A stretch of 63,394 nucleotides of DNA, filler included, from Rhabdomonas costata (Eukaryota), in NCBI GenBank assembly GCA_019059605.1. It is 25 parts of 25 records of this genome, joined end to end, with 100 filler letters (N's around TTAATTAATTAA, not from the genome) between each part and the next. Parts side by side here need not be neighbours in the genome. Positions count along the whole stretch, not along the records: positions 38,055 to 40,602 come from JAHMHO010003425.1; positions 40,703 to 43,135 come from JAHMHO010003426.1; positions 43,236 to 45,671 come from JAHMHO010003427.1; positions 45,772 to 48,206 come from JAHMHO010003428.1; positions 48,307 to 50,740 come from JAHMHO010003429.1; positions 50,841 to 53,274 come from JAHMHO010003430.1; 19 more parts are not named here. One strand, 5' to 3'. The notes under the pieces are model-generated. The model did no database searches. It worked only from the letters and a program-made list of their open reading frames with translations, and was not told where the DNA came from. The position numbers and the translations under genes were made by a program. This document shows, in pieces, positions 39,869 to 53,144 of the stretch. Numbering within the stretch: position 1 is the stretch's first letter; each line of letters opens with the position of its first letter.

Positions 39869-40602
39869 TTAGTGAGGCAACGAGACCAGCTTTTGTTGAA
39901 GAAAGCCCACGATCACCTCATGGTTGTTACACCTGGCATAGGCGACTTCCTTTGAACCGATCTTGCACCCGCGGGATACGAGGTACTTCACCACGTCGAG
40001 GTGTCCTTTATGCGCCGCAAAGGTGACTGGAAACAGTCCGTTTAGATCGGCGAAATCAGGATTTGCCTTCGCAGCAATGAGGGCCCGTACAACGGGAAGA
40101 TGACCGTATTATGCGGCCCAATGAAGGGGAGTTTGCTGGTGAGTGGATTGGGTATCCACCTCTGCACCAGCCGCCAGGAGCTTTTCAGCAATGCCTAGTC
40201 GCCCGTGGATGCTCGATATGTGCAGGGGAGTAAGGCCAGGAAATCTATCGTAGGCAAGCTGGCGAGCAGCAAGAGGAGGAAAACTGCGACTCCCAGTCAA
40301 AATGTTCACGTCGGAGCCAGCCACAAGAAGATTCTCCACCACCTCTTCGTGCCCACCCTCCACTGCCAGCGCAAGGGCGCTCCAGTTATCGTCATCTTCG
40401 CTGAGGTCAAGGGAATCACGCTCCAGCCTTTCCACTGCCCACTGCACCACGCAAAGAAACCCGGCTGAGGCGCTGCTACGAAGAATCGAGCACAGAGCTG
40501 AAGCCGGCGCCGAGGACGCACCAGAGGCCTCCAGGAGCTCTGTCACTCGGTTGCCAACAATGGGACCATTGACTTGAGTGGAGAGCACATCCCAGAGGAC
40601 CA
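39869..40602 (-). pseudogene. Ankyrin-repeat protein, 3' part, interrupted by one in-frame TAA (40109-40111)
   Basis: NWSALALAVEGGHEEVVENLLVAGSDVN..GLTPLHISSIHGRLGIAEKLLAAGAEVD..QTPLHWAA*YGHLPVVRALIAAKANPD..FAAHKGHLDVVKYLVSRG..LPH*. Confidence 0.75.
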
Positions 40603-40702
40603 NNNNNNNNNNNNNNNNNNNNNNNNNNNNNNNNNNNNNNNNNNNNTTAATTAATTAANNNNNNNNNNNNNNNNNNNNNNNNNNNNNNNNNNNNNNNNNN
40701 NN

Positions 40703-41116
40703 GGCGCAGTAGAGACCGCAATTGCAGCCCAGACTTCGGCGGGAGACACCGCGATGTCCAACAGGAAGCTGAATCGGAAAATGAAGAAGAAGCAGAAGGA
40801 GAGGCTGAAGCGAAAGTTGAGGAAGGCGGCCGCACAAGGTTCCCGAGCTGGGGAAGAAATGTCCTTGGACCTGCCCGCGGGCGAGGCCGTGAGCACCACG
40901 GCAGCCGTGGCTGAGGTCTCGGAGAAGATTAAGACGTCCGGAAAGGTCGTCTCCGAGGGGATGGTGGTTGAAGTTTCCAATGACCTGGAGCCGCCACTGC
41001 GCCCTCCTCCGGCCACCATCCAAAAGAAAAAGAAGAAGAAGAAGATGCCCAAGAAGACTTTAAGGATGGTGGACGAGCTTGAAGTGCCGGATATTGTGGT
41101 TACAGAGGCGGAGTGA
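40703..41116 (+). CDS. 3' end of a Lys-rich hypothetical (possibly nuclear) protein
   Basis: GC-rich open frame from the contig start with strong codon bias. It includes NRKMKKKQKERLKRKLRK and KKKKKKKMPKK. Confidence 0.5.
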   Translation, partial: GAVETAIAAQTSAGDTAMSNRKLNRKMKKKQKERLKRKLRKAAAQGSRAGEEMSLDLPAGEAVSTTAAVAEVSEKIKTSGKVVSEGMVVEVSNDLEPPLRPPPATIQKKKKKKKMPKKTLRMVDELEVPDIVVTEAE

Positions 41117-41605
41117 GCCATCTTTCTGGCCCGCAGTGGGCGAAACTCTTGACTCACTGACTACAATCTCAGATGCGATGTCTGCCACCTACTTTATTTT
41201 GGATTTTTGGGATGGAGAGGACTGAAAGAAGAAAGGCAGCAAACACTGAACTGAATAATGGATGAAAAGGAAAGATGTCCCTAGGATACAATGTTCGTTG
41301 TCTGAGTGCTCGCCGTCGGAGATCCCTGCAATCCTGTTGTGAGCCGCGGTCCTCCGGTTGACCACACAACAGGACGTTGCCGTTGAAGTGGGATGATAGC
41401 GGTGGTGGAGCTATTCTTTCACCCCGTACTTCTGGAAGTGAGGTCGGCATTGTTCGAGCTGAGATTCTCTCGTGAAGCATGCAGAAGCAAATCAAAGCAT
41501 CAAAGCAAAGCAAAGCGAGCAGACGTGTCCAGCATTTCTAAACTGCCTTCATCTCATGGCCGGAAATTGTCGGCGATCCCCCAGAGATGTAGGTCCCTGT
41601 GTGTG

Positions 41606-41689
41606 TCATGATCACATTGTTTGTCCGTGTGCCTCATGACCACATTGTTTGTCCGTGTGCCTCATGACCACATTGTTTGTCCGTGTGTT
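41606..41689. repeat. 28-bp minisatellite, three copies
   Basis: tcatga(t/c)cacattgtttgtccgtgtgcc repeated three times with no spacers. Confidence 0.95.
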
Positions 41690-42398
41690 CTGAAATCGAG
41701 GGCTGGATGGGGGTATATCGCGAATACCCTCCCCCCTCAGCCCTACAGGTCAAGCCTACAGGCCGACTGGAGGTTATTGTACCAGGGTACCAATATGCAA
41801 TCCCCGACCCCATGGCCCAGCTTTGTGGGGACCTCCCCACATAGCGGCTGTCTTGCGGGATACCTGTCCAAACGGCTATGGCCTATGACCTACATCGTCA
41901 CCGTCGTCACTACTTCTGATTCGAACAAATCCGCCTTTGGGTGTTTTCTCCGAATGAAAGATTACTCTGGCCATCAAATGAGTCTCGCTCATGTCACCAT
42001 CTCTTGAAAAATGCGAAATTACCTGTTTTCTGGGTGGGTGGGGGGGCGTTACGTTTCAGCATTGCGGAATATTTTGTATCGATAAACTACTGTACTAGAC
42101 ACATTGAGGTGAGGTTGCAGGGCTGATCACACCTTTTGTGGGCGGCTGCGGCTCCAATATAAACTATGACAGTACCATATAGTATATTGACCCTAATAGG
42201 GTTTGGGGCACCCTTCATGTTTCCAAAGACTTTTAGGCCTCTCCAGATGTCATAATGACATGACCGCTCTACCAAAGTTTCGGAATCCAAGTGTGCGGAT
42301 ATTGGGGGCTGAGGGGATTCTGGGGTATTATAGTCCCTTATCTGGCTGTTTTCGGTGTGCTTTCTTTTTCTGTTCGATTTAAGAAGTGTGAGGCAGCG

Positions 42399-42654
42399 AT
42401 GGTGGAAGCGGCGGAGTTGGCGGTGTCGGACCTTTCCAGCTCTGCATTTTGGGCCTCCCCACCCCCGAAAGTTCCTGAGCAGGGATCCTCATCTGGCTCC
42501 TCTTCTGCGCCCTCCCTGCTGCAGCGGTGGAGGGTGGCCTCGGCGCCGATGGGGGGGCTGGAGGACCTCGACGTGGAGATGGACCTCCTGACAGAGGCTC
42601 AGCTGTACGGGCGGTTTCAGAGTTTCTCGTCGGCCCCAAGCAAGCGCCCGGAGG
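42399..42654 (+). CDS. Probable first exon of a hypothetical protein
   Basis: GC-rich ATG-initiated frame MVEAAELAVSDLSS..LEDLDVEMDLLTEAQLYGRFQ..PEG followed by a GT donor. Confidence 0.35.
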
Positions 42655-43235
42655 GTGTTGGGCAGACGCAGGCTCTGGGCACTGCCCCAGCCGTAGAACC
42701 CTGGGGCGCCGTGTTAAACACCCACCAGGCCACACCACTGGTAGCTGCGCAGACTCCCCTCCCCCCTCCCGCTGCTTATTTTGGTTTTATCGAACTTGTC
42801 AGGCAACCGTATTGTGTTCTGCGTTCTGACCTTAATGTTGTTGCCGGGTTCAGAGAGAGGGAGAGGGAGAAGAGCAAAGGGGGCATCCCCAGCAGAAAAA
42901 GCGACGGAAAGCGGAGAATCCCTTTAATTATTAACCTAGCCCGGCAAGCAAACAAGTAAACAGGGAAGCAAAAAAGCGCACAGAGCAGTGAAGAGAGCGG
43001 CCACGATGGGCGACAAATCGCTACATATAAATGGTGAACAGCGAAAAGCGAGAGAGTGAGTGAGCGTGTGTGTGTGTGTGTGTGTTTGCATGTGTGTGTC
43101 AACAACGACCAAAGAGAGATTGCACACCCACACAANNNNNNNNNNNNNNNNNNNNNNNNNNNNNNNNNNNNNNNNNNNNTTAATTAATTAANNNNNNNNN
43201 NNNNNNNNNNNNNNNNNNNNNNNNNNNNNNNNNNN

Positions 43236-44820
43236 GGTGGTTGGTGATAATTTTGGATTGCAAACATCCATATTGGAAACCATGTAAACGTTATGGCATA
43301 TCGTGGGACACAGAATTGTCCTCAATTGCAAAGCTTTGATGCTGTTCCCATGAAATCTTTATGACAAACTCCAGTTCTTCTCTCCCAGACTTCCAGAATT
43401 TCTCTGGCGATTTCACACTTGGCCAGTCTTAGGATCAACTTTTTGGATCCTTTGAATGCTTTTGAAACCTTTTTTGAAACCACCTTCCGCACAGAGTGTT
43501 TAAGGTCAGCGAACAATATAATACAATGCAATATTACCGCGGATATTGTGCTGGCATAAAGTGGCGTAAGGTATAATTGACTTACAAAATCATGATGTGC
43601 CACAATTTGAGGAAAGCAAACTGCAATTGGACCTCAATGCCATCATGAGGATGACCATTTGTTGTGTACACATTTCAGCGTGTACACAGTGAGGTGATGA
43701 GGAAGCAATTAAAACTTTCACAAAAGTGATGCGGTTCGATGAAAATGTCGTTGTGCTTCATCTCTTACAATATCCACTGAAATAAGGTGCTCCACTTTCA
43801 GTGGTGTAGCAATGCATGTGAATGGTACTACCCAGTAAATGATCAGCGCTTGGACAGTAATTAGATCACTTCCAGTGGTGGGGCGACGTGTGAATGACCA
43901 TGGCCGTTTCGCCGTTCCGAAAACCTTTGTACCCACACATTTTCAAAACACTTGCACACCTTTAATTGTCCACGCGCTCTTTTCCGTAGAATTCTCAGAA
44001 TAAGGCACAGTCAGGTGAAAGCTGACATCATGCAGTGGCACTAGCTGTCCTGGGAAACGACTGGGTTGTGCTCAGCAACCACAGACTTCCTCAATCTCTT
44101 TTCCTTTGACCGGGCACTCTTCATTTTTGGGTTGTGCGGCAGGGACTGCCATGTTGTGCAGATCCTCCTGTCCATGCAGTTGCGTAAACTAACAAGCTAG
44201 CCCGACAGATTGACCAAGCGACCAAAACAATGTGCCGGGATCGATGAACATACTTCACACACCTACTCGTATCTGGAATCTTGTACAACAATTCTCTGGA
44301 AACAAGCTTCCTCCTCAGAACCTCATTAAGCAACCCTCAATATTATCCCGTTGTGAAATCAAAACCTATCCATCTATCTGCTCACCCACCTCCATCACAT
44401 ACGTGACCATGGAATGATCCTCCAACACTGGTTGAATGTTACTCAGTGTCGGTAACTGTGGAGATTCAAGGGCAATCATACTCCACTCGTTCAACTCCTG
44501 CGTAGTCTTAGCCATCTCAACTCTTTCCTGCTCCAGAATACCAACAAGATTTGTAAACTCAGCATTCTCTTCCCTGTCCTTGCACATATCTGAAATCCAC
44601 CGCACTGCATTCATCCACCTCGTGGTACTTTCTACCACTCCCAAGAATCTACTATTCAGACGTTCTGCAGTCTCTTTTCGAACCTCCTCCAAATCTGTGG
44701 AAGACTTATCAAAGCACTGCACACAATTCCCATACATATTCTTCAGATTGACCCTCACAAACGCGTTCAAGAATGTCCAGTAACGCTTCTCTGCAGGTGG
44801 ATTAGTGGTCTGGGACATCT
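43236..44820 (-). mobile_element. Heavily decayed LTR-retrotransposon-like (Ty3/Gypsy-type) gag/pol relic
   Basis: An intronless gag-like ORF (MSQTTNPP..) is followed by a long frame with scattered stops. That frame contains VILHCIILFADLKHSVRKV..LILRLAKCEIAREILEVW, which aligns by eye to RT 'YLDDILIFS..L.L..KC.F...V.FLG'. Confidence 0.35.
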
Positions 44821-45970
44821 CCACAACTCTGAAAGCACAGTAAATCTGAACTAAGTCACAACCAACAAAAGCTCTGTAAACACACCTCCAGACGCACACA
44901 CACACACAAAGCTCTGAAAGTATGGATAAAACTCTGGAAAGATAGATCAAAGAACACTGGACTCTGAAAGCGGGAACTCTAAAACAAGTAGTTAGCTAAA
45001 TACTAAAGCGGTTTGCAGAAACCAAAACCAACTAGAGAAACTCTGGAGCTGGAAGCCGATGGTGAGAGGTTCCACTCCATCATCGTCTTTCACCAAATAC
45101 CTGAGTCTGTGTAAGTGTAATCCGCTCTAGAAATGTTGTATTGCACCTTGAAAGATGAAGCAAAGAATGTAAACACAAATACAAAGAAGAAGCGTCTATG
45201 GATCTTCCTACCTAAACTATTCACACCGCCAACCACACTTACTCCACTTACTTAAATCATCTGCACCACTTACCCGCCTATGCGGAAACCCACTGACTAC
45301 ACTCCTTCCACTTCTCTTTCCACCGCGTAAGAAAAGAGCGTATCCCAGCTGGGCTTTAACCTCAAACGTCCTGTGGAATCAGGATACAACCTTCCATTCC
45401 AACGCTGGCTTCGCACCGTCAGCTCATTCAGCTTCTGGTTCCACTGTGCATCAGTTACCAGAATCAGCCGAGATTTCTCATGCTTTCGCCATCATGTGAG
45501 CGATGAAGCTCCACGGCGGGTTGGCGTACAGTCACACATCTTGACTCCACACAAAAGCAAAAGCTTTATGGTCCAATGCTAATCTTCCGTAAAATACCTC
45601 GGTATCTGATGATGTCTCCCCAAAACAGACAAGTCAGTGAAATGTGTAACCATCACATTGTAACACCCCCCNNNNNNNNNNNNNNNNNNNNNNNNNNNNN
45701 NNNNNNNNNNNNNNNTTAATTAATTAANNNNNNNNNNNNNNNNNNNNNNNNNNNNNNNNNNNNNNNNNNNNGTGGGGGGTGGGGGAAGAATAGGCGAAGG
45801 TGTGGGGGAAAGAAAAAGGAAACCTGACCCCATGGACCGGCCACGGGAGGCCTGTTGTGTATACAAAAGACTGAAGCCCAGAAAGAACCAGCGAGGGAGG
45901 GAACCGCTAACGCAACCCATATCGGCTAGGCTCGGTTGCGATTGTGAGGGCATCTCGTTTGTGCACCCCA

Positions 45971-47894
45971 GCACGTGTGGAGCCGATATACTCCGCGGTG
46001 GCTCTGCCCGGATCGGTCACCAGCTTTGATGTTCTTGACCTGAGTAGCGGGGTGCGGGTGGCAAGCCTGGAGGTACCAACAGGGGCGGGCGCTGGCCAAC
46101 CTTCTTCCCGCCATCACAACCTGCGGCCCAGTTCGGCCACGCTGACTGTGGTGCAGCAGCCAACCCAACCTGGCCTGACCAAGAACTTGGTGTTCTTGTC
46201 CGCAGGTGTGATGATCTGTGTGGTACTCTGACACCTTTCTCGTCCCCAAAGCAGGCATCTCATCTTAAAGTTGGTTTCGTTGTGTGCAAAAAAAGTGCAT
46301 TGGTCAATTAAAAGGACACGCGCTTCGGAATGGTTTGGGGTGGGGGTTGGATGGAAAAGGGATGCTTTTCTTTCACGGCTATGCGCCCTCGCCAGGCTTC
46401 ACCGCCTCAGAGGAGCCCACATTTTGGGCAAAGGTTTGGCAATGCGTCACTTTCTTGTACGGCGACGGCGACGCGGCTAGCAGCGTCTACCGAGCTGCGT
46501 ACCCCTTCCCGTGGACCCGCTACTTGCCCCTGCTCAACATTTTCGCCATGTTTCAGGCCTCCCCTGAATCTGGGGTGAGCTTTCCTATGGACGTCAACGG
46601 TGCGCACTGCGTGTTAGGTGTTAAGGGAAAGTTCGAAACTTCAATTTGAATTAAACTCAAATTGAAAGCCCTCTGTTTGTCTTAGAGACGTTGGCCTTCG
46701 GGGGTGGCCGCTTTTGGTTTGGGTGACGGACAGTATTTAAATGCCTCTGCGTGCCTTTGGATTTTGTGGGGGCTTGTGCCCATTGTGAACGTTTCCCTCG
46801 CCGTTTTGTCACCCTGGGTTTGGTGGTGTTTGAGGATTGCAGCATTATTGGTCTCCTCTCTTTTCTGCTTCTGTAGTTTGCTGGCCACAATGCATATCTT
46901 CTTTTTCAATTCCGTGGTCACGACAAATTGTCCGAAAATGAATCTAACTGAACTAAACTTTGAGCTGCCCTACATTGAACTTTGAGCGCTGAGATTGACC
47001 TTGAAATTTGGTCTGGTTTTAACGGACTGCTTGTATGACTGAACGGCGCATCATCGTGGTCATTACGTTCATCCTTCGGAAGTGGCAGCGGCTGCTTTTC
47101 CATGTGGAATTGTGTGCCATCTTTACTTTTTGCAAAGGCTTCCCCACATCTCCGCTTGGTGTGATCCGCAAGGTGAACGACAACTTGGGATGCAGGTCCG
47201 TAAGCACGCACAGCTGTTTTCGTCATGTGTTTTCCAACCAGCTTAGCTTGTACCTCACCGTTTACCGTTGTTAAACTGTCCACCTCCTCCAAATGTATCG
47301 AACCCTCGTTTCTGTCTGCTTGCATCTCCTGAGAAGTTCCACTGCGCTGACGTCTACACTGGCTTGGGTGACTGGGACTTTGTACCCAAAGCAGACCAGG
47401 ATCCTGGGAGTCCCTTCGCCTGGGAACATACGAACATTTCACAGTGTTAAGCGCCCTTTTTGGTTGGCCGTCTTTTCCTCAATCCCCACAGTTTTGTTGG
47501 TATTTCTCCCGTGCGTTTCGAAAAATGAAAGGGTACGAAACGCATGAGGGAGAGGGATGATGTGGCGGGCATCGACGGCACCGTGGGAGCTCAACACTCT
47601 CAGGGACTCGGAGGAAACGGGAAGTGGCACACCTGTGTCAATGGGGCATGCATCCTTTGATCTGACGAGCTGGCTGACTCACTGATAAGGCTTGTAACTG
47701 CGAACGCTCAGCCAGCGCTCTGCGTGTCTTCTCTGCATAGCTACGGCGAAACTGCGGGGTCTTGGCGCGCGATGCGCTGCGATTTTGCTCGGGTGGCCGG
47801 GCTGGCCTCCGCCGCCCCTGGCGACCCGGAAGCTCAGCTTGTGGTGGTGCTCGCCAACGCCCACAGCGACCGTGCCGGGGAGTACGGAGGGCAG
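45971..47894 (+). CDS. Partial multi-exon hypothetical protein
   Basis: GC-rich exon-like blocks at ~45971-46205, ~46396-46556 and ~47741-47894 have AG acceptors after pyrimidine tracts. No family was recognised. Confidence 0.35.
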
Positions 47895-49599
47895 GTATCA
47901 GCTGATGGCTGATAGGGAAAGACGGATCTATTGCTTCCTTTGCGCACTCAAAACGTTTATGGGAACTAAACGGTTCGCGGCACGTTGGTTGTGTTCGGGT
48001 TAACAGCATGCGTTCTTTGCATGCTAGAGTGACGTGGGAAGCAGGGAGATGCATATACGGGACAATAAAGGAAATCAACGCAGCATTCTGAAAAATTTAC
48101 TGTGAATAAAAGAAGAGAGGGCAGGAAAGGACCGATGAAGGGGATGAAGGGGAGCCGATGCGGTGCCATGATATCATGCGTGGCCACAGTAGTTACAAAA
48201 CACACANNNNNNNNNNNNNNNNNNNNNNNNNNNNNNNNNNNNNNNNNNNNTTAATTAATTAANNNNNNNNNNNNNNNNNNNNNNNNNNNNNNNNNNNNNN
48301 NNNNNNCCGCCACTTGGTATGCACTTTGGGCCTTACAGTCCACATCGTTCAGTGGGTTCTTAAGTTTTTTGTGTACTCGGGAAATATAAATTTTGTGCAC
48401 AGCTAAAGGCCTTCGTGAACTCCTTCGATTGCCGGACTGTGTCCCAGGTCATCATGTCGCGGATGACTCTTGGGACTCCTCGTCTTTAACTGCTGCTAGG
48501 GAAAATTCACCCTCATCCTCAGCATCATCTGCTGCTCTTTCGATAGCGTTCTACAACTGGATTCCAGAGTAACTTCGCTTTCCGTAAAATTGTGATTTCA
48601 AGATCCATCTTTGTCAGGAGGTTGCCCAAGCTGTTTGTGACTCCATCGCAACTATTCAAGCCAGTCTACACGGAGCTTCCGGATGCTATGCCTCAGACGC
48701 TACAAGTCCAAGTCACCAGTGGTGGCCACTCTGGGAAAAATTTTCGATCAAATGATCAGATCCTGACAAGCCTCGCTCGCTGCCGAACTGTTAGCTCACA
48801 TTGGCAAGGTCTTTGTAACTCGGCGGCGTCAATATTACCAATGCAACCAGTGTGGCAATGTCCACTGGTTCTTCGATTGTCCCCGCAAATGGGACAAAAT
48901 CTATTTGCCAAAGGAGGCCACTTTTGCAGAGATCACAGAAAGCTACATGGAGAAATCAACAACGGCACTGTTTCGTGACCGTTAACGCCAGTAGCACACC
49001 AGAGTTCCCCAGCGTCTCTGAGGCATCCAAGCAGCTTGGCAACAAGCGGCCATCTCCACACTCGCGACACCCCATCAGCACTGAAGCAAATGTAACTCTC
49101 CAGGACCATCGCAGTCACAGCACCGATACGCTCAAGGCATTCCTTTGCACCATACGGCTACCATACCTTCCAATCTGCCTGCCAGCCAAACACCAGCACC
49201 CCCGCCGCGTACTGACTCGAGTAGGCTGCCTTCGGCATGCTTACACCGTCGGAGCCCTCACTCCTACTTGCTTTGCAATGCCTCACACACTAAATGTGAA
49301 CTAAGTGATGGTTCATGACGCTGTGCATTGAAGTGAAGGTGGTATACCACAACAAATCTCAACTATTTCCATGCAGGTGTGTTAGATCAATGAAGTTAAC
49401 GAATGTACCAAGGCTTTATAGTCCAAAGTGTTTCCAGAAAATTTGCAAATGTTTGCACAGCCATTTAATAATCATGCATTAAAGATCTCCCCACAGAATT
49501 TCGAAACAGTTTTTACATGATGATGCTACGTGAGTGCAATAAAATTTATCTCCCATTTCAGGTTTTTGACAAATTGTAAAGAGCAAAAACTGGAAAGAA

Positions 49600-50160
49600 T
49601 TTGTATCACTTCTAGTGATACAAATGGATAAATAGGAAACGCAAATATTATTACATTGTTTGCAACATCCGCGGGCAAAGCTATAATAACTTTCTCAGTG
49701 GTTTACTTGTTTTGCATTTGTGTCTTCCATAGAACTTTATCAACAAAGCAGCGCAAATCTATCCATTAATCAGACTATTACAGTTTAATAAAGCCTAAGG
49801 CAACACAAATTCAACAGCTTCTCTAACAGCAAGCTTCTATAGTTAAAAATTCCATTGACAAATGTCATCCCTATGCATTTAAATTATTAACTTTATTGAA
49901 GTCCACCACTTTAAATTCAATACTATTTCTTTGGTGCAACTAGTACGCTTTAATCTTGCGAATCTTCATGTGGCATTTATACATCCATAATTTTTCATCG
50001 AGATTCTAATAAATTAAGTATTTTCATTGCTAACACTTTTCATATTTTTCTCCGATGCTCCTCTTAAGTAAAGTTACCCAAAAAATGCCAACATACTGTG
50101 CTCTTCTCAGTGTATCCATTGAGCTTTGATACTCTCCAATATTTGCGTGGACATTCCTAC
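49600..50160 (-). mobile_element. Possible decayed piggyBac-like transposase relic in an AT-rich block
   Basis: The stop-riddled translation gives MLAFFG*LYLRGA, KLAVREAVEF and LLIKFYGRHKCK, in the order of piggyBac motifs 'AF.GLL...G', 'LA.IR.V' and 'E.L..F.GR'. Confidence 0.35.
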
Positions 50161-50842
50161 AATTAATTCTTTATTTTATTTGATTTTTTGACGTAATTTG
50201 ACGGCATTTCACGGAATTTGTTTTTCGACTATGATAAACACTATTTACTAATTTATTGCAAGAACTACATTTTGTTATACAACAGGACATTGTTGAAAAT
50301 TCTGAAAATGTTTGACTGACTTAATTACATCGCACTATTTTATAATGGCATAGGTTCACGTTACAGGACAATTGTAGCAACAAACCATTGTAGCAACAAA
50401 ACGCACCAAGGATTAGTGCAGGCAACCGTCTATGACACAGGAAAGCATGGAAATGAGTGTATCATTATCCTCAAGGATCCTGAAGAATTGAAGAAGACTT
50501 CCATTAAATCTACTTTCTGCACTTGTAGCATGTCCGATAAGCTGAAGAGCCAGTGTGGCATACATCACTCAAGGCCACCCACAAGGGCAACTGCGGTCAT
50601 CTATCAGAACGCCATACTACTCCAAAAACTACCTCAGTTTCCCTTCATCCTTGCAAAGAACCTCCAAATAACGATAACATAGCTGAAAGGAGAGCTCCGC
50701 CCCCCCGGACACCCACGCAGGTGCATGGCACCCCAACCCCNNNNNNNNNNNNNNNNNNNNNNNNNNNNNNNNNNNNNNNNNNNNTTAATTAATTAANNNN
50801 NNNNNNNNNNNNNNNNNNNNNNNNNNNNNNNNNNNNNNNNGA

Positions 50843-53144
<2,302 letters not shown>

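Noticed and set aside
39869-40602. Genome-wide TAA reassignment
   Set aside because: There is only one case. Conserved exons of RPT6, AFG3, RCL1 and SENP8 have no in-frame TAA/TAG, and other ORFs appear to terminate at TAA.
41606-41689. 28-bp repeats as a CRISPR array
   Set aside because: The units are head-to-tail with no spacers, there are no cas genes, and the context is eukaryotic.
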